Assembly: GCA_964473825.1 (NCBI GenBank)
Contig: CAYYQL010000026.1
Location: 1 to 33,509 of the forward strand
Direction: 5' to 3'
DNA from: an uncultured archaeon
GTDB taxonomy: Archaea; Asgardarchaeota; Thorarchaeia; Thorarchaeales; Thorarchaeaceae
DNA: 33,509 bases
The notes under the pieces were generated by a model, which was given only the letters and a program-made list of their open reading frames with translations, was not told where the DNA came from and did no database searches. Below, one piece after another: positions 11,401 to 19,751 of this stretch. Both the position numbers and the translations under genes were made by a program. The first letter of the stretch is position 1; every line of letters starts with the position of its first letter.

Positions 11401-13113
11401 AAACCAATCCAGTATTGTCATCAGAGTACTAACAGGTCCAGCTCCAAGGAATTGACCGATGCTCAATGCAAATTTGGCATCAAGTTCAAATATCAATCCC
11501 CATTCACGTACATCGATGAATGCACGTTCAGTATTTGACGCATCAAGAGGGGGAAAAGCAAGTTCCATCCAGGCATGACCAAAGAACTCTATTGTCAACT
11601 GAGCAGAGATTCCTTGGATCCAATCGGTTCCTAGTGGTAAGAATGCACAGATTGCCAAGTCAATGTTCATGACTGGAATAATATCAATGAATTCTCGAAT
11701 CTTCATGAAGGCGGCTTCTGTATCGCCATAATCGCTTACATCTACGCCTTTGAGAATGGCATCTCGTATGTAAGTATCGAAGGGAGTTCTGTCAACCTCA
11801 AAATCAGGTAGGAGCTTTATTCGAAGAACAGCACCAAAGCTGGCAAAGTTCGAGCCTAGGTTCAGAGGAGTTCCTAATCGAAATAGGAATACAGGGATCA
11901 GTCCCGCTAAATCAGTCTGAACGGGTGTATTGATGATCTGGTCAAAGAATTCTCCAACTCCATCATCAACTTCATACCAAAGATCCTGCAGTATCTGGTC
12001 CAATAGATGCCAAAGGTCAAACATCTCGCCTGGAAGCAATAATTTGATCATATCAGAGAAATCAGCAGTAGAGGTATCTACGATGTAACCCTTAGGTTCG
12101 AGAACATCATCAAACCAGTCTCGAATTGTATTCCTTGACCTATTCACAACTCCTTGAATGTAATTGTTTAATCTCTCAGCAGCGTCAACATGAATTTGAA
12201 GTCCCACAAAACCAAGACCTATCATTGCAGCAAGAACAGTATCCAGAAGCCAGCCCATTGGGCCGCCTACTCCACTATCAGGCATCATCTCACGGAGGTC
12301 AATGTAATCTTCATCAGCCGCATGTGCTCCCAATCTCATTATTGGATGAAGCTCTTCTCCAGCATCACTATACTGCTTTTCCTCTTCTATCCAAGATTCA
12401 GCCAAAGCAGGATTCTCAATTGGATCTGGGATGTGCTCTCCTGTATAGGTTTCAGGAAAGAGACCCTTTGTGAAGTATTCATTTACATTGTCTGAAAAGT
12501 CTCGAAGAACCATTTCACGAAGATGTTCGCCAGTCGTAACCCATCGTGAATTATCTGCTAAAGAGAGTGTATCTGCGATTGTCCAAAGAGCATACAAGCT
12601 CCCGAGTCTCACATCAATGACCTCGGATTCATCAACGTGAAGATTAGGAGAGTTTCCTAGGAATTCTCTCAGATTGTATGCATTTCCAATTCCAAAGATA
12701 TGATGGGTTTCATAAATTGGGGATATAGCTTCAGCAACTCTCCTCCATGTCACAAGTTTGTCTTGAACATAGAGACCTGACTGACAGCTTTGGAAGAAAT
12801 AAACCGCAAAATCAGGAGGTTCTCGTTCCAATTCCAACTCAAGAATGAGAAAAGATGTAATATCTATTGATTCAACCAGAATTCCTTCTTTCCATAATTT
12901 CGTAACCGTAGGTTGAACCATACTTCTTGCTTCATCACACTCGTTGTCGAAGTAGATATGGACCCTAACCGGATTCATATCAATTGGATCAGATACTTCA
13001 CTCTGCGGCAAAGCTGCTGCAAATGCCGGTGCATATAACGATGGAATAATTAATATAATAATTGTAAAAATAACACCTAATTTACGTAGCCCATCTCTCT
13101 TGTTGACTGGCAT
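8398..13113 (-). CDS. Large membrane-anchored surface protein with ~26 TSP3-like Ca2+-binding (DxDxDGLxDxxE) repeats
   Basis: Likely start is ATG 13113 (MPVNKRDG; GGAGGA SD at 13123-13128) rather than 13182. N-terminal signal/TM; repeat-rich C-terminal half; C-terminal TM and Lys-rich tail. Confidence 0.85.
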   Translation of the reverse strand: MPVNKRDGLRKLGVIFTIIILIIPSLYAPAFAAALPQSEVSDPIDMNPVRVHIYFDNECDEARSMVQPTVTKLWKEGILVESIDITSFLILELELEREPPDFAVYFFQSCQSGLYVQDKLVTWRRVAEAISPIYETHHIFGIGNAYNLREFLGNSPNLHVDESEVIDVRLGSLYALWTIADTLSLADNSRWVTTGEHLREMVLRDFSDNVNEYFTKGLFPETYTGEHIPDPIENPALAESWIEEEKQYSDAGEELHPIMRLGAHAADEDYIDLREMMPDSGVGGPMGWLLDTVLAAMIGLGFVGLQIHVDAAERLNNYIQGVVNRSRNTIRDWFDDVLEPKGYIVDTSTADFSDMIKLLLPGEMFDLWHLLDQILQDLWYEVDDGVGEFFDQIINTPVQTDLAGLIPVFLFRLGTPLNLGSNFASFGAVLRIKLLPDFEVDRTPFDTYIRDAILKGVDVSDYGDTEAAFMKIREFIDIIPVMNIDLAICAFLPLGTDWIQGISAQLTIEFFGHAWMELAFPPLDASNTERAFIDVREWGLIFELDAKFALSIGQFLGAGPVSTLMTILDWFGALVSVSISLTFSIVFEISKKFQGQGLPSLSTLLLQITIGVSIDLEILVCVFSGSFLVGMTFIQQSGAIEEAAYMALAENPNPIIVNTLSDISKSTLGVTITVYCSLYFGVDLTLTSFGTNFGSPWQWDIDLTASWDDASWGDEAADLTDSDGDGLPDEFEIAMSGLYSQNPEFSGITFLDHTSADTDSDGLNDKLELELNTAPYDSDSDLDLLTDFEEHVIYGTNPLLNDTDRDNVTDYWEVKVYLTSPFLIDTDGDDLHDWYEINTVYNVTLTKGTYGAVESVKIGNTYYDDRTDPLNPDTDNDGLTDGQEWENGIEYMNETEVELWQYVNFRWTHPLDADTDEDCVAWLYSGDPLDPFFPTDTIIWDLHDGTEVKGQIAIIPDSEGYPEVKLVKTNPCQPDTDNDTEVYLYVTDGYELARDPQWDPTNGDQDSDGLKDGREVIGPGGSGTDAQNPDSDNDNLPDYEDWMLPTDPRNPDSDGDLVLDGDEYFKYGTDPMNNDTDMDGLSDGEELFFFYTNPLQRDSDLDGLTDGEEVLRYRTDPLVVDTDEDLLPDGYEVFVSLTNPRLWDTDGDRLGDGEELLFYTTNPLDWDTDRDSLDYPNATGQMTLPLGDGDEVLDHGTSPITADTDADGLTDSQEIYLAMGWPGQEPIRISPLCEDSDGDGLTDGQEIILVTVSIITYPYEALTMSLRYHSCPALNDTDGDGLDDGLELKYGTYPHIADSDGDNINDYNEIFVTHSNPLTNDTDGDEIPDGLEAWEGVVANTTPPEATIPPLFIMSQEVGYPLYPTDINNPDTDGDYLPDGLELFYGTDPLEWDENGNGIADGFEYDFDGDGLSDGEEFYIDKTWVVPLPIGNDSSGVWHWTGAPGGFDNPDSDGDGIPDGMEVHLYGSDPTSTDTDGDGISDSDELEIGGNPLIPITKGLPFWLVAAVIGSACFIAGMIVPPALRFTATKVRDARKKRSGKSDEKAERKSTKKASSSKKAKAKKSEEVGTK

Positions 13114-13180
13114 TGTAGGTAATCCTCCGAGTTTCAGAAAATAGCAGAAAGGAAGATCCCAAGAAGTAAAATAGACACTC

Positions 13181-13440
13181 ATTTAAACTATTCATCAAAT
13201 GCGTGTGGAATATTAAATCCGCGGCTCTTCCAAATCTCCCATTTAACTAATAACTGATATGGACGCAAACCATGCATTTAATCTTTGTTGAGTTTATGGA
13301 TGACCTTCCAAAATCATATATAACAAATCCAGATTCAATATTTAAAACAATTAATCTGTTAATTAAATAATCAAAGAAGTTGTCGGTGAGAAACAATATT
13401 CTACGCTTGTGGTTCCTAATGAATACTACTGCAGAACAAT
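13181..13440 (-). promoter_or_regulatory. AT-rich promoter region of the surface-protein operon
   Basis: TTTAAAT TATA-like box about 70 nt upstream of ATG 13113; AATTAA-N4-TTAATT palindrome at 13349-13364. Confidence 0.4.
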
Positions 13441-13665
13441 AAGGTTAGCGAAAGAGGGCACTGTTCCCCAAGAGCTACTAATGGTTTGTAGGCTCAAGAC
13501 AGCAGCTCGACTGAGTCCAACGCTCTCAGTCCTTTCACAAAGCCTTCACGCCACCCCTCTGGACGAATACGTCCTAAGCTGACCTGTCAGGAATCATGAA
13601 ACTCAGCGAAGTCAGATAACCCCTCAGAGAAGCGATCGACGAAACCCTCACTAAGTCGATGGTCG

Positions 13666-13694
13666 AAAAAAAGAAGGAGGCGCCGCGCGCCCCT
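13666..13694 (-). terminator. Hairpin + U-tract terminator after the caspase-family gene
   Basis: GC stem GGCGC/GCGCC directly after the stop, followed by a T7 run on the minus strand (A run at 13666-13672). Confidence 0.6.
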
Positions 13695-15533
13695 CTACAA
13701 GGTGAATGATGAACTGGTGTTGCCATCGAACTCCTGTGGAGTATCGCCACCACTGTGGGGATAGTAGTTTATGGCATATGAGAAACACGATTCCATCGTT
13801 GTACTCGGACTACTACCGAAATGGTTGATGAGGCCGAACTCAAGGAAGTAGTAGGTCCATGCACCGTTCTGATGTGACGGATCGTCATATCCATAGCCAT
13901 TCTGAGTACATGTGGTGGTCATGTAGACCGCATCACTATTGGACAGGGCCTGAATCTCTGGAATGAGACCTCCGCTGTAGCAATGATCCACGAAGATGAA
14001 AATACTCTCAGCCACTATGTTGTCAATGTACGATGCAAGTTCGGTATCGTAGAGATTGCCGTCTTCGCCACTCTCGCCGCTATACGAGTCCCACATACAA
14101 AGGAACGACGAACCATAGCCATCACCGCTACCATGTCCGGAGGTTATGAAAGCCACTTGGTCATCTTCATCTGCACTGGATATGAGCCAGTTGAGTGATG
14201 ATTTCACACTTGCTTCGGTTGCAAGAGCATAGTATGATGGATAGTTGGAGGTATGACCGTCTCCAAGTATCCTGATGTAGTCATAGTCCATCGTGTACGT
14301 AAGATAGTTGTACCAATCAGTTGCATCCTCATCGCAGTATGAGAGATCGCTGATAGCCTTGTAGTCGCTAATCCCAACAATGACAGCCCACTTTCGGACA
14401 ACACCATCTCCTGCACCGCCACCGCCACCTGAATCGTACTCGATGGTCACGGTCAACTGGTACGACCCTGAGCCGCTGTATGAACGGACCATGATGTACC
14501 ATGTACCGGCGCCTGGATTTGCGTAGTTCACATCCTCTCCACCACTAGTGTAACCGCGCCAATCATAAGTTGACGTCGTCGGTTCAGCCCCTCGACGCCC
14601 ATAGAGATCGAAGTCAGCGGATCCGCATGTGAGCACAGAATGCATGTTGAGAGCATTAGACTCTACTTCTATTGTCCACATCTCCGTGTCACCAGTTCCA
14701 GAGAGCGAGCTTGTAGCCGTGACTCCGTTCTCAAGCACGTTATCTCCACCACTACCGGAGTCGTACTCGATAGTCACGGTGAGGTCATATGAGCCAGATC
14801 CGCTGTAAGAGCGAACCATGATGGACCATGTGCCGGCGCCCGGATTCGCGAAGTTTACGTCTTCTCCACCGCTAGTGTAACCGCGCCAATCATAGGTCGA
14901 AGTTGTTGGCTCAGCTCCTCGACGCCCATAGAGGTCGAAATCAGCAGACCCACACGTAAGCACAGAATGCATATTGAGAGCATCAGATTCCACTTCTATT
15001 GTCCACATCTCTGTAGCACCTGTTCCGGAGAGTGAACTCGTAGCTGTGACGCCATTCTGGAGAACGTTGTCTCCACCACCTCCACCACCGCTACCGCCTT
15101 CATACTCAATCTGGTCAATCTTGAAGCCCCACTTAGTGACCGAGTAGTCTGTATCTAGTCGGACCTTGATAGTGGACCCGTAGCTCCAAGCAGACCATCC
15201 ACCCGAAGAGTACGTACCTGTCAGCTTGTGAAGCTGACTGTTGCCATAATCGTACACATAGAGATAGTCGTAGTTGCTTTCTACTTCTATATACGTGAAA
15301 TGGACTCTTATCTGCGTCGCGTCCTGCTTGGTTATACTCCAAGTGTGATCAAAATCATTACTGTAAGGATGGTCTGATTCCAACACATACGATTCTACTA
15401 TCCGAGAAGCGCTCCGAGCCGTACTGTGATTGAGTGCACGATTCGTGTCCGCGGCATATGCGGAGTTGGAAGAGACCGTCAACGAAAACAGGATTACTAG
15501 AAAAAGAATGAAGAATGTTTGCCTACTTTTCAT
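13695..15533 (-). CDS. Secreted CUB + 2xPPC + caspase-family (peptidase C14) protein
   Basis: Likely start ATG 15533 (MKSRQTFF, signal peptide). CUB motifs (ESDHPY, WSIT, IRVHF, YDYLYVYD, TDYSVTKWGF); two PPC domains (DFDLYGRRGAEPT, GTWYIMV); C14 motifs KWAVIVGISDY, SGHG and DHCYSG. Confidence 0.85.
   Translation of the reverse strand: MKSRQTFFILFLVILFSLTVSSNSAYAADTNRALNHSTARSASRIVESYVLESDHPYSNDFDHTWSITKQDATQIRVHFTYIEVESNYDYLYVYDYGNSQLHKLTGTYSSGGWSAWSYGSTIKVRLDTDYSVTKWGFKIDQIEYEGGSGGGGGGDNVLQNGVTATSSLSGTGATEMWTIEVESDALNMHSVLTCGSADFDLYGRRGAEPTTSTYDWRGYTSGGEDVNFANPGAGTWSIMVRSYSGSGSYDLTVTIEYDSGSGGDNVLENGVTATSSLSGTGDTEMWTIEVESNALNMHSVLTCGSADFDLYGRRGAEPTTSTYDWRGYTSGGEDVNYANPGAGTWYIMVRSYSGSGSYQLTVTIEYDSGGGGGAGDGVVRKWAVIVGISDYKAISDLSYCDEDATDWYNYLTYTMDYDYIRILGDGHTSNYPSYYALATEASVKSSLNWLISSADEDDQVAFITSGHGSGDGYGSSFLCMWDSYSGESGEDGNLYDTELASYIDNIVAESIFIFVDHCYSGGLIPEIQALSNSDAVYMTTTCTQNGYGYDDPSHQNGAWTYYFLEFGLINHFGSSPSTTMESCFSYAINYYPHSGGDTPQEFDGNTSSSFTL
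14433..15071 (-). repeat. Tandem intragenic duplication (2 x 312 bp PPC domains: 14433-14744 and 14760-15071)
   Basis: The two protein copies are nearly identical; the DNA differs mostly at synonymous positions. Confidence 0.9.
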
Positions 15534-15869
15534 CTCGAATTCCCGCCATGTGAGTTCACATTGGAACTCTACAACATTCGCACGATTCACAAACCAATAT
15601 TTAAGTTGATTCGTTTTTCGTGCGATACCTCAGGTGTGGCAGAAAAGAGCATCAACCTTGAACATCAGTGCTCTTTCAAGAAGGGAAACCAGTTGCCAGA
15701 AATGACGATCGATGATACCGCCGTGTCGAGATGGAAGACAGATACTGCAGATGGGGGCGAATGACAGAAGAGAAGCTGACACAACAGCGTGTGTAGTACG
15801 AACGACTATGCACTGCGTTGCATCGGCAATTAGCATAGCATCTCAGAAACTTCGATGACAGCCGCAGCA

Positions 15870-16343
15870 TCAACACTGGAACTTATCGAGTTCGCCCTGT
15901 GTGATCTTCTTGTCTTCATCGTTCTCAAGGGCATCTATCTCCTTCTGGGCAAGTGCTCGATACGTGTTGCATTTATCTTCATTACCAGCAGTCGCGTGGG
16001 CCCTCGCAAGGATCTCATAGGCAAAGGGCAGGTCCCAGTCCTTGAAGGCGTCATCAGTCTTCTGGGCCTCCTCTGTGAGCTCCAGGCACCGTTCGGCGTG
16101 AAAGAGCGCAGGTTCAGCACGACCCATTGAATAGTATACTCGGGAGATCATATACTCCGCTCTTGCGATATTGATGATAGAGCCTGCCTTGCTCCAGTGA
16201 TATCGGCTGGCATGCGCTAGGTGCATCGCCTCCTCCAGCTCCTCATCAGATGGTTCACTCTTGTCAAGGATTGGCCATAGCGCGTTGTGAGTGGTAACCG
16301 CAAAATCACGATGCATCTTTATGTTGGGAATCTTCTCGGTCAT
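15870..16343 (-). CDS. Helical hypothetical protein (TPR-like)
   Basis: 157-aa ORF with plausible composition and an HLAHASRYHW motif; function not recognised. Confidence 0.7.
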   Translation of the reverse strand: MTEKIPNIKMHRDFAVTTHNALWPILDKSEPSDEELEEAMHLAHASRYHWSKAGSIINIARAEYMISRVYYSMGRAEPALFHAERCLELTEEAQKTDDAFKDWDLPFAYEILARAHATAGNEDKCNTYRALAQKEIDALENDEDKKITQGELDKFQC

Positions 16344-16574
16344 GGCTTCCGTCCCTCAGATTGGATTCTCTGCTCCGAGTACCCAACCCCCCTTATTAGC
16401 ACATCCTTTGATCGGTGATTGAGAGGGGGATCAGTTAAGGCGCCGACTCGGGCATGGTTGCTGTCCACCTCGTTGGTATGCATCAGTCTAGACATAATTA
16501 CAACCATCCACGCGATTGGCTGTGGCGATGTATTATTATCGGGAAAGTTCTGAACCCTACATAAGGCACAGGAA

Positions 16575-17372
16575 ATGCTTGTGGATGCACACTGCCACAT
16601 CGAGATGTACGGTAAATACCTAGACATGGCACTCCAGGACTTGGAAGAGAATGACATAGTGATGATCGGGGTCTCGAACGGCATTCCATCTTACCAGAGG
16701 ACTTTGGAGGCTGCCACTAGAACAGCTCGGATAATTCCAGCATTTGGAGTAACTCCACACAATGCAGCGGATGTGATAGAGAACCTTGAACCTATCCGAG
16801 AGTATGCGATCAAGGCCCCTGCGCTCGGGGAAGTCGGGCTGGATAGATTCTTCGAAATTGAACCTTCGCAATATCCAATTCAGGCTGAGCTGTTCGAACT
16901 CTTCCTTCATGCCGCAGAGAAAAACGATTCCATACTGAGTATTCATAGCCGTGGAGCAGACATGGAGGTTCTCTCGATGCTTGAATCCTACTCCGTAAAA
17001 CGGGCGGTGATTCACGGCTTCGATGCAGGACACGAGATAGTGGAGATAGCTGCAGATATGGGCGTCTTCGTGTCATTCTCGCTTTCCGTCACTCGGGAGT
17101 ATCATGGTATCATTCCTCAATGGGGAGATATGCAGACAGCTCTGAGGTACGTTCCTGAAAAACTGCTTCTTTGTGAAACCGACGGCCCAGGTATGTCCCC
17201 CGAAGTTCCTCCAAGCGTGCCGCTGAAGAAGGTCATCAATCACATATCTCAAGTTAGAAGTGTTGAGAGAGAACATATCATCAAACAGACAGAAGAAAAC
17301 ATGACCCAGCTCGTTAAGGGGGTCCGGGGTCTGTCAAGTCAGGCTGCGCTTCTTGGACTGGAGGAGCCTTGA
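16575..17372 (+). CDS. tatD: TatD family metal-dependent hydrolase/DNase
   Basis: DAHCH, GEVGLD, IHSRGA, IHGF and ETDGP motifs. Confidence 0.9.
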   Translation: MLVDAHCHIEMYGKYLDMALQDLEENDIVMIGVSNGIPSYQRTLEAATRTARIIPAFGVTPHNAADVIENLEPIREYAIKAPALGEVGLDRFFEIEPSQYPIQAELFELFLHAAEKNDSILSIHSRGADMEVLSMLESYSVKRAVIHGFDAGHEIVEIAADMGVFVSFSLSVTREYHGIIPQWGDMQTALRYVPEKLLLCETDGPGMSPEVPPSVPLKKVINHISQVRSVEREHIIKQTEENMTQLVKGVRGLSSQAALLGLEEP

Positions 17373-17464
17373 GCAATCCCTCAACAATCTGGGATGGTCT
17401 TTTCCAAGTCATTCAGCACAGCAATAAACAAAAGGCAAACCCGAATGAGTGTGCAGGATGTGCG

Positions 17465-18217
17465 ATGGTCGACCTGTACTTTGGGGAGCTGACAACACTA
17501 GATTTTGCAATGGCCACCCTGACGGGCATAGCAGGGGCCATAGTCTTGGTCGTGGCCTACAAGTTGTCTGAGAGGGGAATTGAGAGATGGAAGCCCCGCA
17601 AACTTGTGCATGTCAGTATGGGAACTGTCATCGGCCTCACTGTGGTAGGCTACTCAAACTTAAGCGGCCCCGCACTGGCAACGGGGATATTTCTCACAGT
17701 GCTCTTCTACCTCTGGGCCCATAAGAGCTCCCTCCTCTTCGACCTCCTTCTTGCAGGGAGTCGGCCAGGAGAGTCAAACAAGAATACCTTTGCATCGGGA
17801 TTCATGGGTCTCCTATCATTCGCCATTTCCTTTGTCCTGTTTCTTCCAAGACCGGAGATCTTCGTTGCCGCCATCTTAGCTGTTTCTTGGGCTGATGCAT
17901 CCGGCGAGGTGATTGGCCGGAACATCGGGCGGGAATATGTCAGTGTCGGCTTCAGAAACAAATCAGTAGAGGGGTCAATCGCAGTCTTCCTGTTCGCAAT
18001 GGTGTCGACTTCGACATCGCTACTGATCTACTCAGACTGCTGTGTACCATGCTTTCTTCCTCAGATTGCTTTGGTGTCTCTTGCTATTTCTCTGACCGAG
18101 CTCCTTTCCACCGGATGGATGGATAACTTCTTTCTCCCACTCGTGACTTCATTCATGATATGGGCACTCCTCTTCCCAGCAATGCCTCTTGTCGGGGTGT
18201 TCCCTGTTCTGGCCTGA
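17465..18217 (+). CDS. Dolichol/phytol kinase-like CTP-dependent membrane kinase
   Basis: RKLVH, WADASGEVIGR, NKSVEGS and DNFFLP motifs; multiple TMs. Likely start is ATG 17465. Confidence 0.8.
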   Translation: MVDLYFGELTTLDFAMATLTGIAGAIVLVVAYKLSERGIERWKPRKLVHVSMGTVIGLTVVGYSNLSGPALATGIFLTVLFYLWAHKSSLLFDLLLAGSRPGESNKNTFASGFMGLLSFAISFVLFLPRPEIFVAAILAVSWADASGEVIGRNIGREYVSVGFRNKSVEGSIAVFLFAMVSTSTSLLIYSDCCVPCFLPQIALVSLAISLTELLSTGWMDNFFLPLVTSFMIWALLFPAMPLVGVFPVLA

Positions 18218-18240
18218 CCAGCCGTAGGCCTTGAGGCGAG

Positions 18241-19140
18241 TCACACTTCCCAGTCGCTTATCCTCTCGATTCCTGACTCGCCCAGTTCGCATACTAGTTT
18301 CAGCTCAGCAAGAATAGAGGCCCAGCCGATCCAATAGCCCACAACATCTTCTGGCCTGTGAAATCCGTAATGATGCAGGGCAACGAGCGTGTCGTCATCA
18401 ACAGGCTCAAAACGAACGTTCACACGGGTCTCGGGCTCATCTTGATAGACCCAGGAGAACTCAATCTCACTATCGGGCTCCATCTTGGTAAAGACCACTG
18501 GCCCCATGCCTTCAGCCCACCAGGTGTAGAGACCACCATATCGGTCATCTACAACAGGGTTTTCAGCTCGAATGAAATGCTTGAGCTTCTCAGGATTGGT
18601 CCAGACATCGAAAGGCAATGAAGGGGGAGCGCGAATGAGGACACTAAGTCGAACATCCTTCGAGTCGTAGTGTGTAACTCTCGTCGGGTGATACTTCGAG
18701 TAATCGAACCTCAGAGCGGGACCTCCAAGTTCTAGTACAGCCTTGAAATTCGCCAGTAGTAACGTCCAGTGTTCAGGAAGATGATAGGCCCTTGCTGCGG
18801 CGGGCATCGGTCCGTGTTTGACCTCCATCACCGTTCCCGGCCCAATCTCTCGGAATCGAATCACACACAACGTTTCTACGCCAAAAATCTCCCATGTAAA
18901 GAGAACGACCTTGTCTTCCCGTATCCTCTTAATATTCCAGCGATTACCGATTTCAGGTGTGGTTGGTGCATTCTTCCCTAGAAAGGTGACTCTTCCACCT
19001 TCATTGAAATCAGAGCTTATCTCACTCCCCAGCCACTGAAGCATGATGATGGGGTCCATAAAGAGCTCCCACACCTCTTGAACAGGCTTCTGGATTCGTA
19101 TTCGGATTTGTATCACAGGAAGCTCCGCTGTATCAGACAT
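18241..19140 (-). CDS. Tandem SRPBCC (AHSA1/START-like) domain protein
   Basis: Two repeats of the IxxPxxxVW...P..L..W/F ... H ... W...LxxLK pattern. Confidence 0.85.
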   Translation of the reverse strand: MSDTAELPVIQIRIRIQKPVQEVWELFMDPIIMLQWLGSEISSDFNEGGRVTFLGKNAPTTPEIGNRWNIKRIREDKVVLFTWEIFGVETLCVIRFREIGPGTVMEVKHGPMPAAARAYHLPEHWTLLLANFKAVLELGGPALRFDYSKYHPTRVTHYDSKDVRLSVLIRAPPSLPFDVWTNPEKLKHFIRAENPVVDDRYGGLYTWWAEGMGPVVFTKMEPDSEIEFSWVYQDEPETRVNVRFEPVDDDTLVALHHYGFHRPEDVVGYWIGWASILAELKLVCELGESGIERISDWEV

Positions 19141-19314
19141 CAGACGCGCTCTCCAGCTTATGTCTATATTCTTTGGTGCTTAAGTGCATTCAGGTATCAA
19201 ACTCCATCAGCCTTTGGAGAAGGCATCGCAAAACACACCCGGTTACTCGCGGTGTGTCATGAATGGCGTCTATAGACAGTGCAGAGTTCTTGGGGGGCTC
19301 GACAATGCTTTGAA

Positions 19315-19746
19315 CTACTCATGTTTCATCAGCATGATGAGCGCTTCGCCCTGAAGCACAGTTTCTCCATCTTGATTCGTGACAATGGTTCCCAGAGTGA
19401 TGCGTTCCTTCTCGTCATCCTTTTCCTTCACGTCAACGGTTGCAGTGATGATATCTCCAATCCGAACCGGGCGTCTGAATCTCATAGACTGCGACAGGTA
19501 TATTGTGCCAGGACCGGGGAGCTTCATGCCAATGACTGCACTGATATACGCCGCAGTCAGGATGCCATGAGCAATCCGTCCCTTGAACATGGTCGTCTTT
19601 GCCCATTCCTCGTTGAAGTGCAGCGGATTGTAGTCGCCGCTCAGATCACCAAAGGTTTCGATATCATCCTCGGTGATTGTATTTGTGATGCTGGCTGAAT
19701 CCCCAATTTTCAAGTCTTCATACTTAGTCATCTCAATATCATTCAT
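19315..19746 (-). CDS. MaoC-family (R)-specific enoyl-CoA hydratase/dehydratase
   Basis: SGDYNPLH, GRIAHG and FRRPVRIGD motifs. Likely start is ATG 19746. Confidence 0.92.
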   Translation of the reverse strand: MNDIEMTKYEDLKIGDSASITNTITEDDIETFGDLSGDYNPLHFNEEWAKTTMFKGRIAHGILTAAYISAVIGMKLPGPGTIYLSQSMRFRRPVRIGDIITATVDVKEKDDEKERITLGTIVTNQDGETVLQGEALIMLMKHE

Positions 19747-19751
19747 CTTGT

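Noticed and set aside
845-12495. Short ORFs inside the three surface-protein genes
   Set aside because: They are antisense or out-of-frame shadows with no recognisable motifs.
2519-13113. True integrin alpha/beta pair or teneurin
   Set aside because: The FG-GAP protein has no TM/GFFKR tail, I see no vWA-type beta subunit, and there are no YD repeats.
13505-13575. Hammerhead-ribozyme-like TGAGTCC...GGACGAA
   Set aside because: The core CUGANGA and GAAA are not intact (CGACUGA; GAAU).
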